Shown: piece after piece, positions 1 to 11,419 of the stretch | Layout: each line of letters begins with the position of its first letter | Position numbering within the stretch: position 1 is the first letter of the stretch | Virus record (IMG/VR): IMGVR_UViG_3300022821_000003 | Coordinates: 1 to 62,977 of that record | Length of the DNA: 62,977 bases | Reading direction: 5' to 3' (one strand) | Source of the DNA: a virus | Lineage: Duplodnaviria; Caudoviricetes | Translations under genes and position numbers: made by a program | The notes under the pieces: generated by a model | The model's database searches: none | Seen by the model: only the letters and a program-made list of their open reading frames with translations | Told to the model about the DNA's origin: nothing

Positions 1-127
1 CAGGCGATGTAACTAAAGTAGGAACACCACTAGACAATCAAATAGGAATATGGACTGGAGACGGAACGATTGAGGGAATACCTGGACTTTCTTACACACC
101 AGGAGCAAATCCCCTGCTAGAGGTATC
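1..127. repeat. Terminal direct repeat / assembly overlap (copy 1)
   Basis: Identical to 62851-62977. A length of 127 matches a common assembler k-mer, and an ORF reads through the junction. Confidence 0.95.
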
Positions 128-2438
128 AGGTTATTTAAGATTCAGTGACCATGCTAATCTAGGGATAATTTTTAAGAATACTGAGAGTTCTCAACAAAGT
201 AATTTAACTTGGCAAGATTCGATAGGCTCTTCTGTTGCTAGAATAACAACGGATTACACAAACGAGTATATTGATTTGAGAGGCTACTCGCCTTCATTAA
301 ATATAGTATTGAGAGCTGACTTCGGAGAAAACAGAGTTGCTATAGGAGGTGGTAATACTTATCCAGGAGCATTACTTGATTTAGGAGAAGAGGGAGTTAG
401 GCAAGGTGAAATCAGATTTGCAGGTTCTACTTCTGGCTATACGGATATTACACCTAGTGTAACAGCAGGTAATAATACTTTAACTTTACCGACAACGACA
501 GGAACAGTAGCCTTAACTTCTGATATTACAGGAACTAACTCGGGTACTAACACAGGAGATAATGCAACTAATACTCAATACTCTAGTTTAGTAACAAATG
601 CTACTCATACTGGAGACGCTACTGGAGATACAGCTTTAACAGTAGTTAAAATAAATGGAACTCTAATGTCAGGTTTAGCTACAGGTATTTTAAAAAATAC
701 AACCACAACAGGAGTACCGAGCATTGCAGTTGCAGGAGATTTTCCAACACTTAATCAAAATACAACAGGAAATGCAGGCACAGTATCAACTATCACAGGA
801 CTTGCACCAGATACAGCCACTACACAAGCTACACAGCCGAATATAACCTCTCTAGGAACTTTAACCACTCTAACAGTAGATAATATAAACTTAAATGGCT
901 CAACAATATCAGCCACAGGAGATGCAGGACTAGCTCTTTACGATAATGCTAGTAACGGAATATTTATTGAAGATGGTGGCAACGTCGGCATCGGGACGAC
1001 AGCCCCAGCCTACGAATTAGATGTAGACGGATTCACAAACACAAAATCAATTCACGAAGTTTCCGATGAAGGCTTAGTCCTAGGAATGAATTTCAACACA
1101 GAAAATAACGTAGGAACAGCAGGAAGTGAAACAGTATTAGATAGTTCAACATACAACAATCACGGAACAAACAACGGAGCAACACACGACCCAGACGGAG
1201 GTTTTAATGGCGGTGGAGCTTTTAGTTTTGATGGTACGAATGATTATATAGATTTAGGAACAAATTTAATAGACTGGTCAAATAATTGGACTATTTCTTT
1301 ATGGATAAATCCAACAGGGACAGGAGATGCTGGGCAAGACGTATTTGAAAGTTTAGATGGTAATAATGGTGTTAGAATACAATATGATGATATTACGAAT
1401 GGAAGGATTGAGTGTTTTGTTGGAAATGGAGCAACAACAATAAGACCATCTTCTACAGATATAACCCCAAATGAATGGACTGAAGTTGTTTTAAATTATG
1501 ACGGAACTAACTCTAAGCTTTATATGAACGGAGAGTTAAAAGATACTGATGCAGTTGTAGCAACAAATCAAACAGGTGTAACACAGCTTGGGAGATTTTT
1601 TACAGGAACAGCGGAACATTATAGTGGCTTAATAGACAACGTAAAAATCTACAACAGAGCATTATCAGCAGACGAAATAAAAGCTCAATATCTTCAAAGA
1701 GCAGAAGTAGGAGATAGTTTTGTTAGTCAAAGTGATGTATTTGTTGATAGTAGTGGGAATGTAGGGATAGGGACAGTTGCTCCAACCTCAAAACTCCACA
1801 CAATCCAAACAGAAACAACAGGAAACGCTTTATTAGTTTCGAGAGATTTAGCAGCTGCTTCTACTAATAGTCCTTTGGTTAGTTTGGTTCAGGACAATGC
1901 AGGAGACGACCAGAATGCTTTGAGTATTCAAAATGACGGAACAGGTTATGGAATATATGTAGACCAAAATGGTAATAATAGAAGTATTTATGTAGACAGT
2001 GGAGCAACTACAGCTCCAGTTTTCACTTTAAATGCAGCCAATACAGACGGTAATGTAGTCGCTTGGACTTTTGCAGGAAATCATGCAGATAGTGGAAATA
2101 TAAACTTTTTATTTGATAATACAAATATAAATTCAGTAGTTAGGAATATTTTAATTAGACAGCAAGGAGTAGGAATAAATACTACATTTCAAAATACGCT
2201 CGCTCTCGCAGGAGAAGTAGTGCAAGTAATTCAAGACAATGCTAGTTCAACTGCTGATGCTCAAAGTATTCAAAATAATGGAACAGGAACTTGCTTATTA
2301 TTATCTCAAACTCAAGACGTAGAAGTGATAGACTTTGACGCTTGTACTGATGGGGGAACTTCAAAAACAACTATCGCAGGAAGCCTAAAAATACAAATGC
2401 CTAATGGCTCAACTGGATATATTAATTTTTACACATAA
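1..2438 (+). CDS. Tail fibre / receptor-binding protein with LamG (ConA-like) domain; 3' part of a gene starting at 62601 (about 895 aa after circularisation)
   Basis: The frame is open from ATG 62601 across the junction into the 276..2438 frame. GNVGIGT repeats and LamG motifs (FDGTNDYI, WTISLWINP, LYMNGEL, IDNVKIYNRALSADEI) are present. Confidence 0.8.
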   Translation, partial: GDVTKVGTPLDNQIGIWTGDGTIEGIPGLSYTPGANPLLEVSGYLRFSDHANLGIIFKNTESSQQSNLTWQDSIGSSVARITTDYTNEYIDLRGYSPSLNIVLRADFGENRVAIGGGNTYPGALLDLGEEGVRQGEIRFAGSTSGYTDITPSVTAGNNTLTLPTTTGTVALTSDITGTNSGTNTGDNATNTQYSSLVTNATHTGDATGDTALTVVKINGTLMSGLATGILKNTTTTGVPSIAVAGDFPTLNQNTTGNAGTVSTITGLAPDTATTQATQPNITSLGTLTTLTVDNINLNGSTISATGDAGLALYDNASNGIFIEDGGNVGIGTTAPAYELDVDGFTNTKSIHEVSDEGLVLGMNFNTENNVGTAGSETVLDSSTYNNHGTNNGATHDPDGGFNGGGAFSFDGTNDYIDLGTNLIDWSNNWTISLWINPTGTGDAGQDVFESLDGNNGVRIQYDDITNGRIECFVGNGATTIRPSSTDITPNEWTEVVLNYDGTNSKLYMNGELKDTDAVVATNQTGVTQLGRFFTGTAEHYSGLIDNVKIYNRALSADEIKAQYLQRAEVGDSFVSQSDVFVDSSGNVGIGTVAPTSKLHTIQTETTGNALLVSRDLAAASTNSPLVSLVQDNAGDDQNALSIQNDGTGYGIYVDQNGNNRSIYVDSGATTAPVFTLNAANTDGNVVAWTFAGNHADSGNINFLFDNTNINSVVRNILIRQQGVGINTTFQNTLALAGEVVQVIQDNASSTADAQSIQNNGTGTCLLLSQTQDVEVIDFDACTDGGTSKTTIAGSLKIQMPNGSTGYINFYT

Positions 2439-2457
2439 TAAACTAAACTTAAAAAGT

Positions 2458-2631
2458 ATGAAATACGAACTATCAAACGAAGAAAAAAATGCTTTATTCA
2501 CATTATTAAACAGAGCAAATCTAACAGGGCAAGAAGTTCCTGCATTTAATAAGCTGGTTAATATCTTCTCTAATCCTATTATTGAAAAACCTGCAGTTAA
2601 AAATGAAGAAGAAAAAATAGATAAAAAATAA
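2458..2631 (+). CDS. Small protein, possible tail-fibre chaperone
   Basis: Short ORF directly after the fibre gene, with ATG 2458 after an A-rich leader. Confidence 0.45.
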   Translation: MKYELSNEEKNALFTLLNRANLTGQEVPAFNKLVNIFSNPIIEKPAVKNEEEKIDKK

Positions 2632-2641
2632 TTAAAATAAA

Positions 2642-2779
2642 ATGGCAGATTATTTACTACAAGAAGACGGAGATAAAATACTACAAGAAGACGGATTTGG
2701 TATTTTATTACAACAACAAGCTTATATCCTTATAGCGACTGTAGCTAGCTTTTTGCTGACAGACATAATCTTAAACTAA
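2642..2779 (+). CDS. Small virion-associated protein with LQEDG repeats (45 aa)
   Basis: Manual translation MADYLLQEDGDKILQEDGFGILL... fills the gap between adjacent ORFs. Confidence 0.55.
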   Translation: MADYLLQEDGDKILQEDGFGILLQQQAYILIATVASFLLTDIILN

Positions 2780-2780
2780 A

Positions 2781-3398
2781 ATGGCAAAAACATACAACGA
2801 CATTTCAACAACATATAATGATGTAGATACAAACTATAATGGTTTTTTAGTTACATTTATTAATATCTCAGACTCCCTAGGATTAACAGACTTAATAGCA
2901 ACTGTAAGAGCCAGAGTAATTTCTATATCAGATTCGTTAGGGTTGACAGATGCTCTAGCAATAATGATTGCGAGATTCATTAATGTATCTGATTCATTAG
3001 GATTAACAGACTCTATTTCTGTATTAAGAGGGAGAACAATAAGTATTTCAGACAGTATAAACCTTACAGAAACATTAACAGTAATAAGGGCAAGACTTAT
3101 AAGTATTTCAGACAGGATAGGATTAACAGAGTTTTTATCAGTAGTTCTTGGAAGATTCTTAAATGTTTCAGACTCACTAGGGTTATCAGACACCATTTCA
3201 GTAATCAGAGCAAGATGTACAAATATTTCAGAGACACTAAACTTAACGGATAACCTAAGCATTAGTTCGTGGATAAACAAACTCAAACCAAAAATAATTA
3301 ACTTTAAAAATAACATAACACCAAAGATGTTAAAGAAAGACTCTACAAAACCTAAACTATTCGATAGGGATTCTGCAACACCAAGGTTACTAAAATAA
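2781..3398 (+). CDS. Structural protein with about seven 20-aa ISDSLGLTD repeats
   Basis: Regular tandem repeat; located in the tail module. Confidence 0.6.
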   Translation: MAKTYNDISTTYNDVDTNYNGFLVTFINISDSLGLTDLIATVRARVISISDSLGLTDALAIMIARFINVSDSLGLTDSISVLRGRTISISDSINLTETLTVIRARLISISDRIGLTEFLSVVLGRFLNVSDSLGLSDTISVIRARCTNISETLNLTDNLSISSWINKLKPKIINFKNNITPKMLKKDSTKPKLFDRDSATPRLLK

Positions 3399-3399
3399 A

Positions 3400-4563
3400 A
3401 TGGCAGATACACAAAATACAAGCAACCCTATAAGGGTAGCGAATCCATCACTAGATGGACAACCAAGAACATATCTTACACAAGATGTTGATGCTACTGG
3501 AGTAGCACTCTCAGTTGCTTCTGTCTCTGGATTTCCAGGAACAAGTGACTCTGACTTCTATGTTTTAATTGGTGACTATGGAGACGAAAAAGCAGAAATC
3601 AAATTAATAGATTCATCAGCAACAACTGGTAAAGTCTTAACTGTCGCAGCTTTGACAAGCTCTCATGGAGCTTCTGACCCAGTTACACTAATAGAGTTCA
3701 ACCAAATTAAGTTCTTTGGACTAGATTCTGCAGATGCAACGACTTATAACGAACTTGAAGCGAAGGACATAGACCCAACAGCTCAGTACACAGAATATAC
3801 ATATACAACAACACCAGCAGTTTATACATTCTTTTCAACGGCTTATTATCATTCAGTTAGCCTTAATCTTTCAGCATATTCTGAAATAATTGGTAGCTCT
3901 AGTTTTACTAGAAGGTCTACAGAAAGAGTTATAAAATCTGCTGCAATAAAAGCCCTAACACAAGTAGATGAAAACCCAACATCTAAATTGACTTGGGACA
4001 TAGCTGTAACAGTATTACAAGACGGATTAGACGAAATCTCTGCAAGAAAAAAGAGATGGGAGTTTTGGGATACTATTTCAACTGGAACATCTACAGTATC
4101 TGGAACAGCAACAATAGCAAAACCTACAGACTTAACACAGTTAGTTAGAATCAAAATAAATGGTTATCAATTAGATTGGATTACTAAGAATGATTATAAT
4201 AGCTATACAGAGGGAACTACAGCGACTGGAGAACCAAGATACTTCGTAGAAAGGAATGAAACATATTATTTATATCCTACACCGAATGCTGCTTATGATA
4301 TAGAATATGAATACTATAAAACACCAGATGTACTAAGCAATATGTCAACAGAAATAGACATACCATTAGTACCAGTATTAATATATTACTGTGGTGCTCA
4401 ATTCGCATATATTAGAGGAAACGATAAAAGAGGAGATAAACTGTATCAAATGTATGTAAGATTACTTGAAGAACAAGTTGAAGAATATGGCGGACCTGCG
4501 CAGGATTCTACGGCAGAATACATAGAACAAACTAGCGTTTATAATAATGATATGTTTATATAA
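3400..4563 (+). CDS. Head-tail adaptor / tail tubular protein A-like
   Basis: C-terminal GEPRYF...YLYPTPNAAYDIEYEYY pattern typical of podovirus adaptors, plus synteny. Confidence 0.6.
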   Translation: MADTQNTSNPIRVANPSLDGQPRTYLTQDVDATGVALSVASVSGFPGTSDSDFYVLIGDYGDEKAEIKLIDSSATTGKVLTVAALTSSHGASDPVTLIEFNQIKFFGLDSADATTYNELEAKDIDPTAQYTEYTYTTTPAVYTFFSTAYYHSVSLNLSAYSEIIGSSSFTRRSTERVIKSAAIKALTQVDENPTSKLTWDIAVTVLQDGLDEISARKKRWEFWDTISTGTSTVSGTATIAKPTDLTQLVRIKINGYQLDWITKNDYNSYTEGTTATGEPRYFVERNETYYLYPTPNAAYDIEYEYYKTPDVLSNMSTEIDIPLVPVLIYYCGAQFAYIRGNDKRGDKLYQMYVRLLEEQVEEYGGPAQDSTAEYIEQTSVYNNDMFI

Positions 4564-4568
4564 AAAAT

Positions 4569-6059
4569 ATGGCAACAACAAGACAAACAATTCGATATAC
4601 AGACTTTGACGGATTACTCAACTCGAATACATCAGACTTCTTGATGAATAAGAATGAACTTATTGCATTGAAGAATGTCTGGACATACAAACTTGGTAAA
4701 CTTGAAAAGGTTCCAGGATATGACTTAGCATCATCATCACAAGTTATCGACAACGAAAGTCCTAATTTCTTACATTGGTATTTTGATGTAGCTACAAGTA
4801 GAGACTATTTACTTGCAACAAGCAATGAAGGCTCAGACTTAACATTGAAATATATAACACCAGATTCAGCAACACCAGTCACATCGTGGACTACAATAGG
4901 AAGTATATCTACATCTTGGGATACTTATGAAGATAGCAAACCAGATATGGAAAACTATTTAGGCAAGGCATTTATAGTAGGACATAGACAAGGAACTACA
5001 TTTTTACCTAATGCTACTGTCGAAGGAGCTGTATTCAGTACAGCAGATACAGATATAACAGATATGCCACAAGGTAAATATATTGTTAGATATAGAGACT
5101 TATTATATGTATTATATGCCAAGGTTAGTAGTACAGTATATCCAACAAGAGCTTACTATTCAGACGAACCAACAGCAGGAGCGATAGGTTGGACAGGGAT
5201 ACTAACAAACTTTATTAACTTTGGTTATGATGACGGAGAAGTAATTACTGGAGCAACAGAAGCTTTAGATAGATTGATAGTTTTCAAAGAAAGATCAATG
5301 TGGAAATATGATGAATCAGAAAGAAAGAAAATAGCAGATGTAGGTTGTGATAGTTATAGATCTATAGTCAAAGTAAACAACATCCCATATTGGTTTAATA
5401 GATATGGATTTTGGAGATGGAAAGGTTACGAACCAGAATTAATATCTGCTAAGGCTCAGAGTTATATCGATGCAATAGACCAGACTAAGCTAGGAGAAGT
5501 TGTTGCTACACAGTATGATGGTTTTGAATATAGAGCATTTATAGGAGATGTCACTGTTGAGGGAATATTATATAATAACGCTTGGTTCTGCTGGGATACA
5601 AGAAAAGAAACTTGTTATATTAGATGTACTTTTAATGAAGTAAAAGCAGCAACAAACTTTATAATAGCATCTAAACGTAGGGCATACTTCTCAGATGATG
5701 ACGGGTATGTGTACAAGTTCGGTCATAAAATAGATGGTATCTATGCAGATAATGGTAATGAAATAGATTCATTCTTTATAACACAAGCTTATGACCATGG
5801 AGTACCAGAAGACGTTAAGTACACAAACCAAATAACAACATTTACAAAATACGCAGAAGGACTTAAATGTTCAATAGATATAAATAAAAATAACTCATTC
5901 GATGATGAGAATATACCACAGTTAGACCAACATATAGGGAAAGCAGATATAGCATCGAGTGGTAATAGATATAGATTTAAGTTTAGGGAGAAGAGTGATA
6001 ATAAATCATGGGAATTCGAAGGATTCTCAATCTCAACAGAGATAAAAGAATCAGATTAA
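4569..6059 (+). CDS. Tail nozzle / stabilisation protein (tubular B or P22 gp10-like)
   Basis: FDGLLNS N-terminus and beta-propeller-like motifs (YYSD, LIVFKERSMW, VGCDSYRSIV); follows the adaptor. Confidence 0.6.
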   Translation: MATTRQTIRYTDFDGLLNSNTSDFLMNKNELIALKNVWTYKLGKLEKVPGYDLASSSQVIDNESPNFLHWYFDVATSRDYLLATSNEGSDLTLKYITPDSATPVTSWTTIGSISTSWDTYEDSKPDMENYLGKAFIVGHRQGTTFLPNATVEGAVFSTADTDITDMPQGKYIVRYRDLLYVLYAKVSSTVYPTRAYYSDEPTAGAIGWTGILTNFINFGYDDGEVITGATEALDRLIVFKERSMWKYDESERKKIADVGCDSYRSIVKVNNIPYWFNRYGFWRWKGYEPELISAKAQSYIDAIDQTKLGEVVATQYDGFEYRAFIGDVTVEGILYNNAWFCWDTRKETCYIRCTFNEVKAATNFIIASKRRAYFSDDDGYVYKFGHKIDGIYADNGNEIDSFFITQAYDHGVPEDVKYTNQITTFTKYAEGLKCSIDINKNNSFDDENIPQLDQHIGKADIASSGNRYRFKFREKSDNKSWEFEGFSISTEIKESD

Positions 6060-6061
6060 AT

Positions 6062-9000
6062 ATGGGATATTCAGAACTTGGATACAATACATTATTGACA
6101 AAAGCAGAAATAACAGATGCTATAACTAATGCTAATGTTGACTCTGTGATTACTTCTGGCGCTATTGGATTTCAGCAAACAACAATGAATAAACTTTTGA
6201 CAAATCAAGATATGCAGTCTGAAGATTTTGTCACTGGTGTTTCTGGTTGGCAAATACAAGGTAATGGAAATGTTGAGTTCGGAGATGGCAACTTTAGAGG
6301 AGATATAACAGGAGCAAGTGGAACATTTACAGGAACATTATCAGCAGCGACTGGCTTTATTGGCGGGTGGACAATTAATGCGACATCTATAACTGATACG
6401 GCAGGTACAGTTGGATTATCTTCAGAAGTAACAGGAGGAGATGATATTAGATTCTGGGCAGGAAATGTTACACCTGCATCTGCTCCTTTTAGAGTGACTG
6501 AGGCTGGTTCACTAGTTGCAACTTCAGCTATAATCGCTGGATGGACAATAGATTCGACTACAATTTCTTCTGCTTCGAATGAAGTAGTTTTAGATAGTGC
6601 TAATAAAAAAATAACGGTAGGTACTTCTGCTGAACTTGTGATAGATGGAGATAACAAAAATATAAGTAGTTCAAACTATATCAGTGGTTATGCAGGTTCA
6701 GGTTTTTATTTAGATAGTGATTTATTAGAAGTAGGTAATATAGCTTCTAGAGGGATTATTAGAACAGCTGTATTCCAAAAAGATGTTATAAGTGCGGTAG
6801 GTGGTAATGTAGCGATATTAGATGCTGATGTTTTGGATACTGATATGACTGCATTAGACGCTAGTACTTTATCAATAGAAGAAAATACTACTTTTTTAGA
6901 AGGAGATATTCTAAGAATTAAAGATGGCATAGATGATGAATGGTTAGAGGTTTTAACATCTGGAGAAGCTATTTGTGATAGTTATAGTGAAGCTTATTGG
7001 AACGCATGGACTGCTTTATTCACTGGCGGAGGTTTCCAAATGAGTGGACAATCTTTTACAGGAGACGGTAACGTTTTAAGTAGTTGTAAGTTTTATTTAC
7101 AAAAAGTGACAGGAAGTCCTACTGGAAATGCCACAGCTACAATTTATGCTCATACTGGAACTTTTGGAACCGATGGAATACCAACTGGTGCTGCCTTAGC
7201 AACATCTGGAACCTTTGATGTTTCAACGCTTACATCAACAGCAGAATTAGTAACTTTTACTTTTACAGGAGCGGAAAAAATAACTTTAGTAGACGGAACT
7301 AATTATTTCGTGATACTTGAATATCCAGGAGGTGATACTAGCAATAGAGTTAATCAGGGAGCTTCTCTCCCTAATGTATTAGCACCTGGTAATGCAGCTT
7401 ATTTTAAAACTGCTGACGTATGGACTTCTAGTGAGTGGGATAGAATTTTCTATGTTTACACAGACCAATCTTCAAATCCTTATACAGTTACTAGAGATAA
7501 GGCTGGAGATTATACTGCAGATAATAATCCTGCATGGACTAAAGGTGCAGCAGTAGTAAACTATGGACAGTCAGGAGATGGTGGTGTATATATGACAGCT
7601 TCGGAAAGTAATGCTCCATATCTTTCAATATTTGACCACGCAGGAGAGCCTTGGGATACTATAAACACTCGTTTAAGACTAGGAAATCTAAACGGTTACT
7701 TAGGGTATTCTACGGATAAATATGGGATAGCGATTGGAGAAACTGATAAGTATTTAAAATATGATACAACTAATGGGTTAAGAGTTAAGGGAGACGTTAC
7801 GTTGACTGGCGGAGAAGTTAGTGCAGATTATTTGACAGCTGGGACAATTACTTCTAAAGCGATTGCTTTGGCGGCGGATGCTACAGATTGCTATATAGGT
7901 TCTGGAAAAACTGATTTTACAAATACTGATACTGGCTTTATATTAGGTAGAGATTATGGTGATAGTAATACTGCTAAATTTTATATAGGAAATTCTTCTG
8001 ATTATTTAAATTGGACAGGTAGTACTATGTCTATGCTATGTTCAGGAGAGAACGCTATCACTATTGATTATGGTTCTGATATTCTATTAAAAGAAGGCGG
8101 AGATTTAAAATTTACTTCTGTGGTAGCTCCAACAGCTTGCACCGCAACTCTTGTAGCTACTGCTGTCGGGAATATAGACGCAGGAACACATAGTTATAAA
8201 ATAGTGTATGTAAATGAAACAGGCGAAACATCATTAGGGGCAGTAAGTAATGTAGTAACCACAGACGCAACTCATAAACAAGTTGACTTAACCGATATTC
8301 CAGTAAGCATATCAGGCTCAGTAATTTCAAGGGAAATTTATAGGACAAAAGCAGCATCGCCTGGTGATGTTTATTATTTGCTTGATGAAATAGCTAATAA
8401 TACAGCTACTACTTATACAGACAATGTCGCAGATGCTGACTTGACAGGAGAAAGTGCAAATAACAAAGAAAATAATACTTATGGAAAAATTATTATTAAT
8501 AATATTGTAGTCGCATCTTTAGCAACTACAAACATCCTTATAGGACAACATAGCGGAACTAACCTTACAACTGGGTTTGGTAATACCTTTTTAGGAAAAC
8601 AAACTGGTCGTTTTACTGATTCTGGGTCTCGTAATACATTTATAGGTGCGTTCTCTGGTGAATACAACACTACAGGAGAGAGGAATACTTTTATAGGATA
8701 TGGTGTCGGAGCTAATACTACTGGAGACGAGAATACTTTTATTGGGCAGGTAGCTGGTTGGTATAACTCTTCTGGATATGGCAATACTTTTATAGGAAAC
8801 TATGCTGGATTTTATGAAACAGGTTCTAACAAACTTTTCATAGACAATGCAGCAAGAGCCAGCGAAGCCGATGGAAGAATAAAATCTCTTATTTATGGAG
8901 GGTTCCACGCCACTGCCTTGTCTCAACAAATCACTTTTAATGTAGGAACTTTGAATATTTTAGATGGTGGGAATATCGCTACTGGAACGACAACAGGTTT

Positions 9001-9157
9001 AAAAATAGGGACAGCAACATCCCAAAAGTTAGGATTTTATAATGCTACACCAGTAGACCAACCAGCAACAGTTGCTGACGCTACTGATGCTGCTAGCGTA
9101 ATTTTAAGATGTAATGATATAATAGATAGACTGCAAGAACTTGGATTAATAGCTTAA
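6062..9157 (+). CDS. Tail spike/fibre protein (about 1030 aa)
   Basis: GWQIQGNGNVEF and IGGWTI motifs and C-terminal NTFIG repeats. ATG 6062 is preferred to 6008. Confidence 0.7.
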   Translation: MGYSELGYNTLLTKAEITDAITNANVDSVITSGAIGFQQTTMNKLLTNQDMQSEDFVTGVSGWQIQGNGNVEFGDGNFRGDITGASGTFTGTLSAATGFIGGWTINATSITDTAGTVGLSSEVTGGDDIRFWAGNVTPASAPFRVTEAGSLVATSAIIAGWTIDSTTISSASNEVVLDSANKKITVGTSAELVIDGDNKNISSSNYISGYAGSGFYLDSDLLEVGNIASRGIIRTAVFQKDVISAVGGNVAILDADVLDTDMTALDASTLSIEENTTFLEGDILRIKDGIDDEWLEVLTSGEAICDSYSEAYWNAWTALFTGGGFQMSGQSFTGDGNVLSSCKFYLQKVTGSPTGNATATIYAHTGTFGTDGIPTGAALATSGTFDVSTLTSTAELVTFTFTGAEKITLVDGTNYFVILEYPGGDTSNRVNQGASLPNVLAPGNAAYFKTADVWTSSEWDRIFYVYTDQSSNPYTVTRDKAGDYTADNNPAWTKGAAVVNYGQSGDGGVYMTASESNAPYLSIFDHAGEPWDTINTRLRLGNLNGYLGYSTDKYGIAIGETDKYLKYDTTNGLRVKGDVTLTGGEVSADYLTAGTITSKAIALAADATDCYIGSGKTDFTNTDTGFILGRDYGDSNTAKFYIGNSSDYLNWTGSTMSMLCSGENAITIDYGSDILLKEGGDLKFTSVVAPTACTATLVATAVGNIDAGTHSYKIVYVNETGETSLGAVSNVVTTDATHKQVDLTDIPVSISGSVISREIYRTKAASPGDVYYLLDEIANNTATTYTDNVADADLTGESANNKENNTYGKIIINNIVVASLATTNILIGQHSGTNLTTGFGNTFLGKQTGRFTDSGSRNTFIGAFSGEYNTTGERNTFIGYGVGANTTGDENTFIGQVAGWYNSSGYGNTFIGNYAGFYETGSNKLFIDNAARASEADGRIKSLIYGGFHATALSQQITFNVGTLNILDGGNIATGTTTGLKIGTATSQKLGFYNATPVDQPATVADATDAASVILRCNDIIDRLQELGLIA

Positions 9158-9161
9158 AAAT

Positions 9162-9602
9162 ATGATTTTAGAAATAATAATGACATTAGGAATATCAGTA
9201 ATATTCACAGAGACACCAGCTGTTGACTGTGGTAACGAACTTGTTAACGGTTGTTATAACACTAGAACAAATACTATCTACCTAAAGTATGAGAAGGATA
9301 ATATTAATAGAATATTCTACCACGAGTTAGGACACGCGATATTTTATGAAGATGATTACTCGAGGACAATAATAAAAGATTATCCTCCGCTAGCAAATTA
9401 CTGCACAGAAAAAAAACTAGAGAATTACCCAAGTTTAACGAAAGATGGAAACTGTGAACCGCACTATGATACAGAAGAAAATAGATTAAACGAAAGAGTA
9501 GCTAATTACTTTGTAGAATATATATATAACCCTAACAATTTTAGCGTTTATAACCCTGTTCTATATATATATTTTAGAGATAAACTAAATAACATAAAAT
9601 AA
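9162..9602 (+). CDS. Putative zinc metallopeptidase
   Basis: HExxH motif (YHELGH) with a downstream E (NERVA) and a hydrophobic N-terminus. Confidence 0.55.
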   Translation: MILEIIMTLGISVIFTETPAVDCGNELVNGCYNTRTNTIYLKYEKDNINRIFYHELGHAIFYEDDYSRTIIKDYPPLANYCTEKKLENYPSLTKDGNCEPHYDTEENRLNERVANYFVEYIYNPNNFSVYNPVLYIYFRDKLNNIK

Positions 9603-9603
9603 T

Positions 9604-11418
9604 ATGGCAATAAATTTAGGACAACAGTTTACACAAGGGCATAATCAAGCAGCCTCTGACTTTCTAATAAAAACAGTAGGAACAGATGATTTAACCTCTT
9701 TATCTACAAGCGAACTTGCTCGTGCTATTGATGCCGCAAATCAAGCCAATATAACGGGACTTTCTAATTGGGCTTATTCAGGCACTCAAATAAGTGGTGG
9801 CATTGAGTCTGCTTTGAGTGACTATGAAAACCAAATAAAAAGTAAAGGAGTTATAGCAGACGCAGGAAGGGATACTTTTAGAATGACTTTTACTCCAGTT
9901 TTATTACAAGAGGCAAACAGGAGAATAAATGAAGGAAAAACAGAAGCTAGAGCTGGAATGACCGCTATGACTAAGGATGGGAAAATTATTTATTATGATT
10001 TGACTAGACCTAATTTAAAGACTGAATTTGATAGAATGATTAGTGGAGAAGGATGGACTAATCAAGGAATAACAACTCCTAAGAGAGAGTACAAAAACCC
10101 AGCGTTAGCACCTGAAGGATCTGAACAAGCTAGAGTAGATGCACAAGGAGGATCTACTGGAACTGGTTGGTATGACCAAGTTACAGGAAAAGATACACCA
10201 GTTGGAGTAGGAACTCCTAGACCAACTTCAACGACAACAGATTCTCAAACTACTTCTACAGCAAATCAACCAGCAGATAAAGATATAAAAACAGCAAGGA
10301 AAGATGTTGTTGCAACATTCCATAAATACTTAGGAAGGAATCCAACATCAACAGAGGATTGGAACAATGTTTATAATCTTATGACAAAAGCTCCTACAGA
10401 AGTAGAATCTAGATTATCAGCAATATCAGATAAAATAAAAACAGATGCAACCACAGCTAGAACAGATTCTACTGGCGGGACAACTGATGCAACATCTAAT
10501 ATAGATCCTCTAAAGGTTGCACAAAACTTAGGATATACAGCAGCAGACTTTGCTAACGACCCAGGATTTACTTCATATTGGGGAAACAAAAGTAAAGCAG
10601 AATTAGAAGAAGCATTAAAGAATAGAAACGATTACGACTCAACTTCTGGTCGTAAAAGAACACCATCTGAACAAGGTTCATATGATGAGAGCTCAGGTTG
10701 GCTACAAGACCTATTAGATACTGGAGAGATAGACCAAGCACAATTCAATGCATTAGATGGCATTATGAATACAGACGATTATACTTCTGGTAAACGTGTT
10801 TATACAGAGGCAGAGATGACTAAGATAGCAATAGATGCAGAATCAAAAGCTAGAACAGACCTAGAACCATATTATACAGATTTAAAGTCTAGAGATATGG
10901 AGGACTTGAAGACTGGATATGAAGATATAAATAATTCAGCAGCTAGATATACACAGAATGAACAGAAGAGTTATAAAGAAACACTAGCAGCGACTAAACA
11001 GGGACTAAGAGCTAAGGGACTAACATTTTCTGGACAATCTAGAGGGACATTAGGAAAAGAAGGAGCTTTAGCAGACAAAGGAGTTGAAGGCTCAGTACCA
11101 CAAAACAGGAGATATTCTATAGAAGATAATCTAGCAGGATTCCAACAACAAGCAAGAGATTTAGGAACAACTGCAGAAAGAAGATATGGAAGTGCAGCTT
11201 TAACTGGACAAGCAGGATATCTAGAACCAGGTACATTGCCAGACCCATATAGCAGTGGTTTAGACTATAATACTTCTAGTACAAGGTCTTTATATGACCC
11301 AAAGAAAGATGCTTCACAGAGAGGTTATGTCAGCCCTGAACAATCAGACATAGCTAGGGAAAGAGAACTAGAAGTTCAAAAAAGAAAACAAGATAGACTT
11401 AATACTTATAAATACTAA
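9604..11418 (+). CDS. Putative ejection / internal virion protein
   Basis: Large T/Q/G-rich protein between the tail genes and the giant ORF, as in podovirus gene order. Confidence 0.5.
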   Translation: MAINLGQQFTQGHNQAASDFLIKTVGTDDLTSLSTSELARAIDAANQANITGLSNWAYSGTQISGGIESALSDYENQIKSKGVIADAGRDTFRMTFTPVLLQEANRRINEGKTEARAGMTAMTKDGKIIYYDLTRPNLKTEFDRMISGEGWTNQGITTPKREYKNPALAPEGSEQARVDAQGGSTGTGWYDQVTGKDTPVGVGTPRPTSTTTDSQTTSTANQPADKDIKTARKDVVATFHKYLGRNPTSTEDWNNVYNLMTKAPTEVESRLSAISDKIKTDATTARTDSTGGTTDATSNIDPLKVAQNLGYTAADFANDPGFTSYWGNKSKAELEEALKNRNDYDSTSGRKRTPSEQGSYDESSGWLQDLLDTGEIDQAQFNALDGIMNTDDYTSGKRVYTEAEMTKIAIDAESKARTDLEPYYTDLKSRDMEDLKTGYEDINNSAARYTQNEQKSYKETLAATKQGLRAKGLTFSGQSRGTLGKEGALADKGVEGSVPQNRRYSIEDNLAGFQQQARDLGTTAERRYGSAALTGQAGYLEPGTLPDPYSSGLDYNTSSTRSLYDPKKDASQRGYVSPEQSDIARERELEVQKRKQDRLNTYKY

Positions 11419-11419
11419 T

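Noticed and set aside
1-127. Biological terminal repeat
   Set aside because: It falls mid-gene and equals a typical assembler k-mer length, so it is treated as a circular overlap.
1-9157. Diversity-generating retroelement targeting tail fibres
   Set aside because: No reverse transcriptase or template/variable repeat pair was found.
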